Under the pieces are notes generated by a model, which was not told the DNA's origin, searched no databases, and saw only the letters and a list, made by a program, of their open reading frames with translations. From the IMG/VR virus record IMGVR_UViG_3300027265_000045, positions 1-59,436 of that record: a DNA stretch of 59,436 nt; one strand, written 5' to 3'. Below, in pieces: positions 9,998 to 20,389 of the stretch. Positions within the stretch are counted from its first letter, which is position 1, and the number at the start of each line of letters is the position of its first letter. This DNA comes from a virus (lineage: Duplodnaviria; Caudoviricetes). The translations under genes were made by a program, and so were the position numbers.

Positions 9998-11142
9998 GCA
10001 GTTTCAATGGTTTGTAAATATGCGTATTCGTACTCCAGTTCAGCATCATACTGGTATATATTATCATGTATAACCGGCAAACTAAGGTCATGAAAAACAA
10101 TAGGGTGCAGTATGCTCCCCTGCAGTTCGTATGCTTCCAAAAAATCCATATAAGAAAGCCATTGCATCTGCAATTTGCTTAAATGCCCAGTGTTGGCTTT
10201 TACCACATCCTCGTTTTCGTTTTTCCACGAAATCTTATCAGGTAGTATTTGCCCGTCAGTACGCGCAATTTCTATCGTGATTTTGTTGTTTTGTTCGCCT
10301 TTGCCGGTGCATCTTACAATTTCGAGCAAACCAAATGGATTCTTCACATAAAGTATTCGAGTATTATCATAGTAAGTTGCATCAGGTTCAAATGTGTAAA
10401 CCTTGCTTATCACCGTAGTGCCGGTTTTAATTACAACCGAATACGATGCCAGGGTTTTATCGGCATAAGCCTCAGCCATTACCAGCGCAATGCCCAGCTG
10501 CGTGTAACCACAGGGGAAATAAACAAGCTGCATATATTCAACGCCTGTAACCGTATTTACCACGGCATTATCAACGCTGGTGCCATCGGTGAAATTAAAA
10601 GTAACCCGGGCGGCAACTGAAATAGGTGTAATACTTTGTACCTGCAGGAAATTTAAAAATTCCGGCTGATCAACGCCTACTTTCTTCGATTCGCTATCAG
10701 GCCACCATGTAAGGCAACTTTTTGTTGTAATAAGGTAATTGAGTAAACTGCTATATGAAGTATAAAATGCTTTGCTTCGCGACTTTGGAATTAGCGCATC
10801 AAGCAAATAGAAAGGGCCTTGATCAACCAGGTCAAAAGTATCGACAGGCGGATCACCGGCCCATTCAACAAAGTCAAAAGTTACAGGCAAAGGCACATCG
10901 CTGTACACTTCGGCTACGCTCCCGGTTTTATGTCGTGTTGTAATCAATCCCTGCAAGTAATCACTGAGCTCAAAACTTGCCTTTTTATCAGCATCGGCCT
11001 GTATGCTATCGGCAGCAGCCTGACCGGTTACACCAGCAGCAATGCGAAGCGGTGTGCCTATGCTATCGCTCTGCAAAACAAAAACTACCGGCTGTCGGGC
11101 CATAAGTAATGCGGGTGGTTGCTGAATAATTGATAATGACAT
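9994..11142 (-). CDS. Distal tail / minor tail protein
   Basis: Directly after the tape measure gene; NPFGLLE..CTG motif. Confidence 0.55.
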   Translation of the reverse strand: MSLSIIQQPPALLMARQPVVFVLQSDSIGTPLRIAAGVTGQAAADSIQADADKKASFELSDYLQGLITTRHKTGSVAEVYSDVPLPVTFDFVEWAGDPPVDTFDLVDQGPFYLLDALIPKSRSKAFYTSYSSLLNYLITTKSCLTWWPDSESKKVGVDQPEFLNFLQVQSITPISVAARVTFNFTDGTSVDNAVVNTVTGVEYMQLVYFPCGYTQLGIALVMAEAYADKTLASYSVVIKTGTTVISKVYTFEPDATYYDNTRILYVKNPFGLLEIVRCTGKGEQNNKITIEIARTDGQILPDKISWKNENEDVVKANTGHLSKLQMQWLSYMDFLEAYELQGSILHPIVFHDLSLPVIHDNIYQYDAELEYEYAYLQTIETA

Positions 11143-11146
11143 GGTG

Positions 11147-11182
11147 CAATATTAATGTGATGGGTTGTTTGAGCAAAGGACA
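11147..11182 (-). promoter_or_regulatory. Putative late promoter (tail tip and fibre genes)
   Basis: TGTCCTTT-N20-TAATATTG. Confidence 0.65.
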
Positions 11183-11183
11183 A

Positions 11184-14100
11184 TTACATTTCGGTAGCCG
11201 ACTGTAAGGATGCTTTATCGGATTGGATTTTTTCGAGGTCGAAGAGGGACCAGTTGCCGCGGACGCCGTTTTTAACCAAGGACTCCATAGCGGCTGAATA
11301 GCGGTTCATGGCGGCAATTTCGGCGGATGACATGCGCGGGGGTGATGATGCGTAAGGTTGTGTATTGTTTGATTGCGATGTAGTGGTATCAGTTGTGTAT
11401 CCTCCAACCTTTAGTCCTTTAAGTGTTGATGTTGAAACCAGTGCAGGAAGATTGATCTGGCTTATTGTGCCATTACGCTGAGCGTAATCAATTACATCGA
11501 ATATTTTTTTAACTGATGGGTTGCGAACAGCAGCGGCTGAGCCAATAAACTCATTGGCATGAACTATGCCGGCTGGTTTTTTATCGTCGGAGGCTGGATC
11601 GGTGTAACCGCCGGAGTAGAATTCGGGGGGCTTTTGCGAAAGAATATATGCAACCTGAAAACCACCAGCAATTGCTGCAGCCACAGCTGCCCATGGCTCT
11701 GCCAATAGCCGGGTTACAGCTAAAGCTGTATTTATACCTGCCTGAATTGCATCTGCTTTTTGTTGTTTTTTCCAAGCTTTTGTTCTTTCTGCAGCTTCTT
11801 GTTTACGATATTTTTCGGTAATGGCCTCTTTTTCTGATTCCGTCAGTTTTTTGTTCTTTAATTCGGCATCACGCTGTTTTTCGAGCAGGCTAAGCTTTTT
11901 ATTCAATAGAGCTTCGTCTTTGGAAGCGGCATAGTTAAAATAGAAATCGACTGCACTCTGAGCTGATGACTGTATTGCATCTCTGCGCTGATCTAGTTTA
12001 TCTTGTGCGTCGGATTCCTCCTCTTTGATTGTATCGGCAGTAGGACCCGGTTTATAATCTTTGAACGAATCGCGTTTTTGAAGTGGGTTCTTTCTTATTT
12101 TCTGAATATTATCAGCAATACCTTTTACTGAATTTTCGATAATATGAAGCTCAGCGGTTTTAGATGCCAGCTCAATTATGAGACTATCGGGCACCGGTTG
12201 GTCAGCCGCTTTGAGATCAAGTATTTTTTCCTCAAGGTTCTGAACTTCGGTGCGCAGTTTGGCATAAGCGCCTATATTTTCGGATATAGCTTTTACCTGG
12301 TCGTCAATAGCTTTCTTTTCGGCAATTTTGGCTTTAAGTTCCTTTTGTATTGCTTCAGGAACTTCCTTTCCTGCTTTTAGGTAATCCTGCGTTTTCTTTG
12401 TAAGGTCTTCGATGGATTTACCAAGCTTTTCGTATGCAGTTTTTGCTTTATTTCCATCAGGATCACCACCTGTTATTTTAACCGGTGTCCAGTTAGCTCC
12501 ATCGAATGCACATAATATACCATCGATCAATTTCTGATCTCCTGTTTTCGGGGTGTTAGTTTCCTGATCTTGAGTATTATCTGAGGTAATGCCCAGTTCT
12601 TTCATTAGTTTTTCCTTACCTGTTAACTGGCCATTAACTTGTTGAAGTAACCTATTTTCCTGGCCACTGTAATTTAAATAATCGCCATACCAGCGTACCA
12701 TGGCCGCATGGTTGGCACCGCCGTATATTTTACTTCCAGCGGCACTGTTAGCCTTAGCTATATAGTCAATTATAGCGGCGGCTTTTTCGTTTACCGATTT
12801 CTTTTCGTCGTTGTTGATTTGTATTAAAGCAGCACCATCCTTAATATTTTGTGATGCCACATCTTCAGCAGTTTTACGCATCCATTTGCGCAGTTCATCT
12901 TCCGATTTTAGTCTATTTCCCATTGCAGAAGCAACATCCTCATTAGTGGCATCAATTTCCTGCTGTTTACGTTGAATAATTATCCGGCTAATAGCCTCAT
13001 TATTATAATTAGCCAAATTTGTTTTTAATGTATCGTAAGCGATAGCTTCGGCATTTATTCCTTTCACAATATCAGGAGCCAACGATTTTAATTCATTGAC
13101 AATTTTCTGCCGATCGGCAAGTTTTGTATTTGCCTCTAATAATCTACCAGTAAGTTGATTTACTTTTATACGTTCCTCCTCCATAGTTTCGGATAACGGA
13201 GTTTTTGTCCATTCGGCAATTTTGGCAACAATATCGCCAAGGCCCTGGTTAATTGAACTATTTACAAAAGCTGAACGTAAAAATTTGCCAACGCGCTCCA
13301 GGTTACCAGCAAGGTTATCATTCTTAAGATTGAATTCTGCAGTTAATGAAGTTCCCTTGTCAAACTCCGCATTTGATAATTTCTGCGCATCTTTTAACAT
13401 CTGCACATTATTTGCCAGAGCTCCTACTACAGATATGGATCGGGAGCCATCAACATTCAGATCGCCAAACTTCTGTGCTAGTTCGGTCAATCCTCCCTTA
13501 TTTTTATTAAGCCCTTCGAGCAACTTGATAAGTGCTGAATTGGCATCTGTTTTTAATAATTTTGTAAAGTCGCCTACATTTTCACCAGCTATTTTAGCAA
13601 ACTCGCCCGGTTTAGCAAACATTTTTGTTAGTAATTGAGTTACGGCTGTTGAAGATGTTTCCGTTTGCTGCCCCAACTGATCAAGTGTAGCCGCTAATCC
13701 CATTACTTGCTGTATCGACATATTAGCCTGAGGAGCAATACCCCCCAAACGTTTCGAAAAGTCAACAATATACGCCTCGTTTGCTGTACCGGATGCACCT
13801 AGCGCGTTAATAGCTGATCCAGTTTTTAAAAGAGCCTGCTCAATACCAAACTGATCTTTTATCTTAAAAATATCAGCCAATTTACCTAAAGAGGTAACGG
13901 CCTCTTCGACATTTCCACCCAGATCTTTACTTAGAGCGACTCCGATTTGGTCGGCAGCCTTTACAAATCCGAGAATTTCGGACTGACCTGTAAATCCGAG
14001 TTTACCTGCTACATAAGCTAAATCGAGTAGCTCTTTGCGCGAAGTACGAGTATCAATTTTTCCAAGAGACTTATATAATTGAGTTACCTCACTTTGTGCA

Positions 14101-14654
14101 AGTCCGCTGGTTTTAGCAACATCGGCCATGCTATCTGATAAATCGGCATTACCGGTAATCATTTGTTTAATGGATATAAAAACCCCTGTTAAAGCAGCTA
14201 CACCGGCCACCGCAATATTAAAATATTTATTAAATCCGTCTGCCAGTCTACTCATGGATCCCTGATGCTGCTTAGCTTTACCGGTTGCCGAATCCAATTC
14301 ATCACGAAGCAGTTTGACCTGAGCCCTTTTATTTTCCCACTCTTTGGTGTTGCGCGACATGGAATTCATTTCGCGGTTGGCTTTTTGTAATGCATTTTGC
14401 AGCTCGCGCACTGATGCAGACGACAGATTTTTAAATATATCATTTACGTCTTTTGCCTGCTTTTCGAGTTTACCGGCTTCGGAGGTGAGTTTTTTATATT
14501 CGGCATTCAGTTGATTATACCCCTTAATATCGCCAGTTTCGAAAGCTTTATCGCGCAGGGTTTTTACCTGTTTGAGCTCCGACTGAACTTCTTTCAAAGC
14601 AGCCTTAGCCTGTTCGGTATTCAGTATTACATCTACTTTGGCTTGTTTACTCAT
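11184..14654 (-). CDS. Tape measure protein (TP901-like core)
   Basis: 1156 aa helical/coiled-coil; LSDSMADVAKTSG, IDTRTSR..L, GSAINALGA motifs. Confidence 0.9.
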   Translation of the reverse strand: MSKQAKVDVILNTEQAKAALKEVQSELKQVKTLRDKAFETGDIKGYNQLNAEYKKLTSEAGKLEKQAKDVNDIFKNLSSASVRELQNALQKANREMNSMSRNTKEWENKRAQVKLLRDELDSATGKAKQHQGSMSRLADGFNKYFNIAVAGVAALTGVFISIKQMITGNADLSDSMADVAKTSGLAQSEVTQLYKSLGKIDTRTSRKELLDLAYVAGKLGFTGQSEILGFVKAADQIGVALSKDLGGNVEEAVTSLGKLADIFKIKDQFGIEQALLKTGSAINALGASGTANEAYIVDFSKRLGGIAPQANMSIQQVMGLAATLDQLGQQTETSSTAVTQLLTKMFAKPGEFAKIAGENVGDFTKLLKTDANSALIKLLEGLNKNKGGLTELAQKFGDLNVDGSRSISVVGALANNVQMLKDAQKLSNAEFDKGTSLTAEFNLKNDNLAGNLERVGKFLRSAFVNSSINQGLGDIVAKIAEWTKTPLSETMEEERIKVNQLTGRLLEANTKLADRQKIVNELKSLAPDIVKGINAEAIAYDTLKTNLANYNNEAISRIIIQRKQQEIDATNEDVASAMGNRLKSEDELRKWMRKTAEDVASQNIKDGAALIQINNDEKKSVNEKAAAIIDYIAKANSAAGSKIYGGANHAAMVRWYGDYLNYSGQENRLLQQVNGQLTGKEKLMKELGITSDNTQDQETNTPKTGDQKLIDGILCAFDGANWTPVKITGGDPDGNKAKTAYEKLGKSIEDLTKKTQDYLKAGKEVPEAIQKELKAKIAEKKAIDDQVKAISENIGAYAKLRTEVQNLEEKILDLKAADQPVPDSLIIELASKTAELHIIENSVKGIADNIQKIRKNPLQKRDSFKDYKPGPTADTIKEEESDAQDKLDQRRDAIQSSAQSAVDFYFNYAASKDEALLNKKLSLLEKQRDAELKNKKLTESEKEAITEKYRKQEAAERTKAWKKQQKADAIQAGINTALAVTRLLAEPWAAVAAAIAGGFQVAYILSQKPPEFYSGGYTDPASDDKKPAGIVHANEFIGSAAAVRNPSVKKIFDVIDYAQRNGTISQINLPALVSTSTLKGLKVGGYTTDTTTSQSNNTQPYASSPPRMSSAEIAAMNRYSAAMESLVKNGVRGNWSLFDLEKIQSDKASLQSATEM

Positions 14655-15076
14655 AATGCAATTTCATTAAAGCCGAAATCGGCGTTATCACTAAAATTCC
14701 GAACTACCAAACTTTCGGTTTTGTAAGCGTATTTTTCTTCCATCAAATGACGGAGCACGGCCAGCTGTTTGTAAAATACATCGCTGAAGAATGGCTTCGG
14801 GCGTCGTGTTGTCATTCCTCCGGCTATCATACCATCCCTATCGGCAAGGGAAACATGTTTGCCAACTCCGTAATCAACCATTTTGCCGTACCATTCGAAA
14901 GCAAACATTATTCGTCCCGGATCTCCATTAGCTGCTGTATATATTGTATTTGTAAAGCTGTTGATCAGTAAACCGGTATTGCCAATTTTGAGTGCTTCAA
15001 CTTTCTTGATCCACTCTTTGATGACAATATCGGCCCAGGCTTCGACAGTTAGCGATATGTTGGTATTTTCGGTCAT
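14651..15076 (-). CDS. Neck / tail completion protein
   Basis: YGKMVDYGVG and RRPKPFFS motifs; position before the tape measure gene. Confidence 0.55.
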   Translation of the reverse strand: MTENTNISLTVEAWADIVIKEWIKKVEALKIGNTGLLINSFTNTIYTAANGDPGRIMFAFEWYGKMVDYGVGKHVSLADRDGMIAGGMTTRRPKPFFSDVFYKQLAVLRHLMEEKYAYKTESLVVRNFSDNADFGFNEIAL

Positions 15077-15079
15077 AGC

Positions 15080-15514
15080 TTAAAACTGATGTTCCATCAG
15101 GAAGGAGAATGAATAACCGAAATACTGTTGACCAACAGGGCCTATTTCGGAGTAGTCGATTTTTGAATCGTCGAAGCCATAAGCAGCATCGCCAAAGTCG
15201 CCGGCATCTATTTTCATTAATTTAAAAAGTTCTATTGCTTTGGCCATAGCTGAGCGTTTGGCAGCCAGGTTGGCTAAAGGGTCGTTCATTTTCCCTTTTG
15301 CAAATATGTAAATGGTATGGTATGCTGTATCGAGTTGCCTGTCGCGGAAGTTGAGATGTCCATCGCCTGAGTCGCGCACTATGAGACAGTTATTGTAATT
15401 TTCGGTGAAGCTTTTGAGCATATCCTCAACCATAGATACGCCTGATGCTTTGTAAATTTTTGCAAGGCCTGCTTTTACATAAATTGTTGCGAAATATTCG
15501 AATGCATTGAACAT
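15080..15514 (-). CDS. Putative tail terminator
   Basis: Size and position in the head-tail joining module. Confidence 0.45.
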   Translation of the reverse strand: MFNAFEYFATIYVKAGLAKIYKASGVSMVEDMLKSFTENYNNCLIVRDSGDGHLNFRDRQLDTAYHTIYIFAKGKMNDPLANLAAKRSAMAKAIELFKLMKIDAGDFGDAAYGFDDSKIDYSEIGPVGQQYFGYSFSFLMEHQF

Positions 15515-15526
15515 GGTTGTAAACGA

Positions 15527-16315
15527 TTATGTGGTTTTTGCTTTTTCGATTTTACGATTGAGTTCGTAAAACACCTCATGGCAGGGTGTATGTTTTATTT
15601 GTGGATTGTTGGCCACATTGCCTTCGTTGAGCGACGATATCAAGCTCATTACATAATCGTTGGCCGACTGCGATGCATCACCAGTATCGGAAGAGTCGAA
15701 CAGGTAAAAGTATTTGCCCTTCAGCCAAAGCTTACATGATGTATACCACAGGAAAACAATATACCGGGTATATTCGGGCATTGATTTGAAACGTGCAGCA
15801 CGGGTGGCAAGATTGGTTTGCTCGTCCCATTTTTCGCCGGGTAAATGGTATAACACGGCCAGCATATTGTCGAGGAATTCGACACGCCTGGTTTTGGCAT
15901 AACCAATGTACATCTGATCAACAACCAGCCATTCCTCGAGGCTTATGCCATACAGTTTGAAATTGCACCCTGCATATTTACCAATCTTAGCTGGATTTTT
16001 AAAAAGTGTAATTTCTGTTACCAGGAAATCGAGGTGATGAATAAGGGTAGTGGCCATATCAACATCGAGATAAAACCTGCCGGTACCCGATTTTTTGAAC
16101 CAGTAACATAGTTCGCCTTCAGTAGCATCGTCGGTTATAACTATTTCAGGATCTTTACTTAGTATGGTAATACCTGCAAATTCCAAAAAACAACGGGTTA
16201 GCAGTTCCAGTTCCGGAACCTCCATATACAGCAGTTTACTAACGAAGTATAGCTGTTTTTCGCTGAGTTCGGCCCATGAACCGGGCAATGTGATATTGAG
16301 AACCGGGTTACTCAT
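15527..16315 (-). CDS. Phage morphogenesis protein, function unknown
   Basis: LPGSWAELSEKQL N-terminus; coupled to the adaptor gene. Confidence 0.5.
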   Translation of the reverse strand: MSNPVLNITLPGSWAELSEKQLYFVSKLLYMEVPELELLTRCFLEFAGITILSKDPEIVITDDATEGELCYWFKKSGTGRFYLDVDMATTLIHHLDFLVTEITLFKNPAKIGKYAGCNFKLYGISLEEWLVVDQMYIGYAKTRRVEFLDNMLAVLYHLPGEKWDEQTNLATRAARFKSMPEYTRYIVFLWYTSCKLWLKGKYFYLFDSSDTGDASQSANDYVMSLISSLNEGNVANNPQIKHTPCHEVFYELNRKIEKAKTT

Positions 16316-17151
16316 ACACCAAAGCTTGCAATTGTGTGATCAGTTGAAAACCCTGACGTTTCGGCCAGATAATTGGTATATATAGAACTGGCTTTGAACC
16401 CGGCATAATCGTCAACATTATCAATGATGGTTGTACGTGCACGGAATACGCAGCTACAACCTGTTTCGTTGTCGCCGGTTACAAAAGCTGCAAGGCTGAA
16501 CCGCAGATCCTCTATAATTTTAGAATTGGCATCTGAAAGTGTATTGGCTTGTAGCTGGGTAATAATTTCGGTGCTTTGTGCCTGGCTTATTATTGGCTCA
16601 ATACGGTTACGAATTGCCCTGGTAACTTTCGAAATATCTTTGAGCCATTCGAGGCGCGAACCGTCGTACCTGGCATACCTGCGGAACTGGGTAAGGGTGA
16701 AAATATAACTATCGTGATTAATGGTGTAGGCTTTGGCTCCTTTCCAGTCGTCGTAAAAGGTAGCGTTCCCCTCGAGATACTCAAGCAGTAGCTCTATGGT
16801 ATCGCTAAGGCGTGTTTCGAGTCCGCGGATTAGTTTCTCAATACGGTCCTTGGATGCGGGAACTACATTATTACCCTGATCGCTAACTACTGCGAACCCG
16901 GTTTCGGTTTCAACCAGGTCGAGAAACGGGACTGCGTCCACATAGGCTTTATGGGCTACAATGCTTTCGCAATAATTTAAAAGCTTAGCATCGCTGGTGG
17001 GTGCTATTACTTTGTTGTAAAGCGTTTGCCCGATTAGTTCGTTAACCAAATATTGGTTTGCTGTTTCCACATATGGGCTGTAACGGCTAAAATTATCGCC
17101 CTGAATGGTAGCGATATGTTTTTTAATAGTGGCGATATCACTTACTAGCAT
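16312..17151 (-). CDS. Head-tail adaptor-like protein (DUF6712-like)
   Basis: LDLVETETGFAVVS..NVVPASKDRI motif; immediately after the portal. Confidence 0.55.
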   Translation of the reverse strand: MLVSDIATIKKHIATIQGDNFSRYSPYVETANQYLVNELIGQTLYNKVIAPTSDAKLLNYCESIVAHKAYVDAVPFLDLVETETGFAVVSDQGNNVVPASKDRIEKLIRGLETRLSDTIELLLEYLEGNATFYDDWKGAKAYTINHDSYIFTLTQFRRYARYDGSRLEWLKDISKVTRAIRNRIEPIISQAQSTEIITQLQANTLSDANSKIIEDLRFSLAAFVTGDNETGCSCVFRARTTIIDNVDDYAGFKASSIYTNYLAETSGFSTDHTIASFGV

Positions 17152-18499
17152 CAGTAGGGGTATTAAGTTGTTTGCCTGATTTATTTACATCGAGGGTAGT
17201 AAATTCGTAATCCGGAACGGTCCACACTAATTCATTTGGCCATTTGTTAAAGCGTTTCACAAAATAGAGTGGTTTCAAAAGCCTGTCGCGCAATGGAGCC
17301 ATCATGGCGGATTTAATCATGTATTTTTCGCGCACATCGGATCCAGAAAGGCTTCCGGTATTTTTACCGGGAGGCGTTGCAACCAGTTGCGTAAATACGC
17401 CCATGGCATAACTCATTAAGTTTGAAACTTCGCTGGAGTCCTCGAGGAATTCGCCACCTTTAAGGCTGGCCGGAATTTGTTCGATAGTAATATACTTTTC
17501 CTCTACCACGCTATTGCCCGAAGGAGTAAGTGTTTTAAGAGCCATAATTCCTTTGCCGGCATTTTTATCGCTGCCAAGGAAATCGCGGAAACGCTGTTTT
17601 TCCAGCTCCTTACGCGCTATAACCTTTTCGGGGTTGGTGGTATCGATTTTTTCGGACTTAAAAATCTCATCCCAATATTTATTTGAGATGTAAATAATGT
17701 AACGGATGGCAATGCCTTGTTTCATGAGGAGTTTTTTGAATTCCCAAAGCATCTGACTGTAATCGTATGATCCTGATTTGAAAATACTCCAGAAGGGAGG
17801 CTCCTGGTAGTATGTTTTTCCCGGAGTAGGAAAGTTGATAGGAATAATAAAACGGGCATCGCCAATTCTTACATTGCGGTTCTGTATACGGTTAGTAAGG
17901 TCAGCATATGGATTGTACCGGTCGAGTACATTGGTAATAATTGTATTGTCAGGATTGGCATGTTTGGTATCGCCACTCCAATATGGCGAATATCCGTGCT
18001 TGATTATATTACCTGTTGTTCTGTCGGAAATTGCCCATCGGCTAAAAGTAGCCTCTTTGTGCCGTAGCGAGTAAACAGACTGCATATCGCGGGTAAGGAT
18101 AATTTCGGGGAACGTGTTGTAAAACGCACACATATCAGTACATTGCTCGAGGAAATAACCGGAGATATCGTTATCCTCGCAAAAATTTAATACACGTTCG
18201 TCAGTACATTCCTTGAGATATGAATCTTTTCCTTCAACCACTTTTATCATAGGCTTTGGACCCTGCCCGTAAGCCAGCTTTACATTATGATCGAGGTTAG
18301 CGGCAACAACTTCGCTTTTGCTTATTTTACGCATCACATGCTCGGGCAAATCGTTATCGCAACCCCATGGAACAAACAAAGTATTACCAACGTGAACCGT
18401 GCTTTGCGGCACTTCGAAAGCATCGGACGAATCGGGCGCAAACAAGGCCTGGTATTCGGGGAATACCGATATACCACCAATATCCATAATATCGTTCAT
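17138..18499 (-). CDS. Portal protein
   Basis: 453 aa; VPWGCDNDLP, YYQEP, SGSDVREKY motifs resembling Bacteroidota phage portals. Confidence 0.75.
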   Translation of the reverse strand: MNDIMDIGGISVFPEYQALFAPDSSDAFEVPQSTVHVGNTLFVPWGCDNDLPEHVMRKISKSEVVAANLDHNVKLAYGQGPKPMIKVVEGKDSYLKECTDERVLNFCEDNDISGYFLEQCTDMCAFYNTFPEIILTRDMQSVYSLRHKEATFSRWAISDRTTGNIIKHGYSPYWSGDTKHANPDNTIITNVLDRYNPYADLTNRIQNRNVRIGDARFIIPINFPTPGKTYYQEPPFWSIFKSGSYDYSQMLWEFKKLLMKQGIAIRYIIYISNKYWDEIFKSEKIDTTNPEKVIARKELEKQRFRDFLGSDKNAGKGIMALKTLTPSGNSVVEEKYITIEQIPASLKGGEFLEDSSEVSNLMSYAMGVFTQLVATPPGKNTGSLSGSDVREKYMIKSAMMAPLRDRLLKPLYFVKRFNKWPNELVWTVPDYEFTTLDVNKSGKQLNTPTDASK

Positions 18500-18723
18500 A
18501 AGGCTACCTCCGTATCGTTAAATGCAGTAATGGTACAGCGGCGCACGGTGCGTATTTCGCCCGAAGGAATAAGTTTGATGTTCATGGTACGTCCTTTTGA
18601 AAACCAGTTGGTGCAAATGCATCGTTTGGCGTGAATAATTTCGCCCGATTCGGCTACGAACCTGAGCGAGAATTCGCCCCGGTCGACCATACGGTGCAAA
18701 GTGTTGATTAGTATCAGAGCCAT
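18496..18723 (-). CDS. Small phage protein preceding the portal
   Basis: Overlaps the portal start; directly after a late promoter motif. Confidence 0.6.
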   Translation of the reverse strand: MALILINTLHRMVDRGEFSLRFVAESGEIIHAKRCICTNWFSKGRTMNIKLIPSGEIRTVRRCTITAFNDTEVAL

Positions 18724-18741
18724 TTCGGTAATAATTTAAAG

Positions 18742-18777
18742 CAATGATACAATTGCGAAGCGTTTTGCTAAAGGACA
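18742..18777 (-). promoter_or_regulatory. Putative late promoter (portal-tail operon)
   Basis: TGTCCTTT-N20-TATCATTG. Confidence 0.65.
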
Positions 18778-18781
18778 AATG

Positions 18782-18811
18782 AAAAAGCCACGCTGGTGGA
18801 GCGTGGCTTTT
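18782..18811. terminator. Rho-independent terminator, possibly bidirectional
   Basis: AAAAAGCCACGCT-GGTGG-AGCGTGGCTTTT. Confidence 0.75.
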
Positions 18812-18834
18812 GTGAAAATTGAATATGAAAAATG

Positions 18835-19299
18835 CTACAGCATTCGGATCAGTGCATTCGGGTTATAAAAACTATCGCTACAATAGAATGTAGTCAGTAC
18901 CGCATTAGGAGTGTAAATATTAGTAGAACAAGAATTTGAAGGCATTACAGCATTTCGCGCTGAAAGCCGCATACTTGAACTTAATGCACCAGTATTTTGC
19001 AGGGATGTAGTTAAATTGTATGCCAGTAAATTACTATACAATACATGCGGCAGCGGCAGGCTAACAAGTAAGTTAATTTCGGGCATAACGGATCGCGCCT
19101 GGTATGCATACGAAATATCCTGAATGGTAAAGTTAACCTTTTGCTCAACCATCGTATTGATAGTTGCTACCTGATCCAGCTGCTGCTGGCCCAAACTCAC
19201 AGTAAGCTGGTACGGTGGTGGGGAATTTGACCCGCTGACAGCCGGCGCAACAAATGCGATCGCTATCAGAATAAGCGAAAGAAAAATGAATCTTTTCAT
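18835..19299 (-). CDS. Secreted hypothetical protein
   Basis: Signal peptide MKRFIFLSLILIAIAFVAPA; own promoter motif and terminator. Confidence 0.55.
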   Translation of the reverse strand: MKRFIFLSLILIAIAFVAPAVSGSNSPPPYQLTVSLGQQQLDQVATINTMVEQKVNFTIQDISYAYQARSVMPEINLLVSLPLPHVLYSNLLAYNLTTSLQNTGALSSSMRLSARNAVMPSNSCSTNIYTPNAVLTTFYCSDSFYNPNALIRML

Positions 19300-19333
19300 T
19301 GTTGTGAAAATTGGTTAGTAATTAATGTGATTG

Positions 19334-19369
19334 CTAAATTAATTGGATTGGGATGGAGAGTAAAGGACA
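19334..19369 (-). promoter_or_regulatory. Putative late promoter (secreted protein)
   Basis: TGTCCTTT-N20-TAATTTAG. Confidence 0.6.
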
Positions 19370-19370
19370 A

Positions 19371-19400
19371 AAAAGATCCCGGATGTAACCCCGGGATTTT
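19371..19400 (-). terminator. Terminator after the antirepressor operon
   Basis: ATCCCGG/CCGGGAT stem flanked by A and T runs. Confidence 0.55.
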
Positions 19401-19410
19401 GTCGTGTTTA

Positions 19411-19662
19411 TTACGTTGGAATACCAAGTCGTTCGAGATTCATAACTATTATTGAAAGGTTTTCGATATTCTCTTTTTTCTTTTCCTTTATCCTTTCGGA
19501 TTCGCCTTCGGGCAGATTAAGCAGCATAATACTGGTAAGTAACGCTCTAATTGTATCATTGAGCATATCGTTATTATTGCTTTGCATGCTCTCCAACTCA
19601 CTGATGCACTCCTCAGATAATACAACCTTACCCACATGAAGTATATTTATAGCTTCGTTCAT
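19411..19662 (-). CDS. Hypothetical protein (antirepressor operon)
   Basis: ATGA overlap with the upstream gene. Confidence 0.55.
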   Translation of the reverse strand: MNEAINILHVGKVVLSEECISELESMQSNNNDMLNDTIRALLTSIMLLNLPEGESERIKEKKKENIENLSIIVMNLERLGIPT

Positions 19663-19823
19663 TTTGCGGCCTCCTTTCCTTCGTAAATTGATTTAAAATA
19701 AACGGAAACATCCGTTTCGTTGATGGATTCGTGTGCCACCATTTCGCCAAACGATATCATATCGTTGCGCGAATATTTCTTGCCAGTACGCTGGCGTGGC
19801 TGTTTAGTTGACTTATCAGGCAT
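19659..19823 (-). CDS. Small hypothetical protein
   Basis: Likely start MPDKST overlapping the antirepressor end; GGAGG upstream. Confidence 0.5.
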   Translation of the reverse strand: MPDKSTKQPRQRTGKKYSRNDMISFGEMVAHESINETDVSVYFKSIYEGKEAAK

Positions 19824-20376
19824 TGTCAACCTCCTTTCCCTCCTCGAATAGTTCGGGCTGATGTTTTTCGGACACATACTTTTCGTATGTAAGCTGGCGT
19901 ACCCGGTTAAGGTTGGTTTCGGCTTCGTTCATCCGCGAGCGTGCCTGGCTGAAACCTTCGCGGGCTTCGTGGTACTTTTCCAGTTCCACATCAACCAGGC
20001 GTGCGCGGTACTCTACAAACTCAACATACAGGAACAGGGAATTGTACAGCGCATTGTAACAATGCAACTGATACTTCAGGACGGACTCGCGGCTTTCCTC
20101 TTTCACGTTACGGCTATCGATACGGAATAACCAGCCGAAAACAAATTTAAAGGGAATGCTAACCATTTCGCGGTCTTTTCCATCAGCTCCAACTGTGGGG
20201 CTGAGACCCACAGTTGAACCTAGAATTGGATCATCTTTTACGCGTTGTACCTGGGTAGAATAATCGATGCCGAGAGCATCACAAATTGGTTTAATGGCGA
20301 CACGTTTTTCGTCGCCTTCGATAATAAAGATTTCGACCTCGTTGACCTTTGCAACGGTAGTTAGTTTGTTTTCCAT
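19816..20376 (-). CDS. Phage antirepressor (P22_AR N-terminal domain)
   Basis: RVAIKPICDALGIDYSTQVQRVKDDPIL, GADGKDREM and FGWLFRID motifs; start MENK at 20376. Confidence 0.8.
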   Translation of the reverse strand: MENKLTTVAKVNEVEIFIIEGDEKRVAIKPICDALGIDYSTQVQRVKDDPILGSTVGLSPTVGADGKDREMVSIPFKFVFGWLFRIDSRNVKEESRESVLKYQLHCYNALYNSLFLYVEFVEYRARLVDVELEKYHEAREGFSQARSRMNEAETNLNRVRQLTYEKYVSEKHQPELFEEGKEVDNA

Positions 20377-20389
20377 AGCGCGAGCCTCC

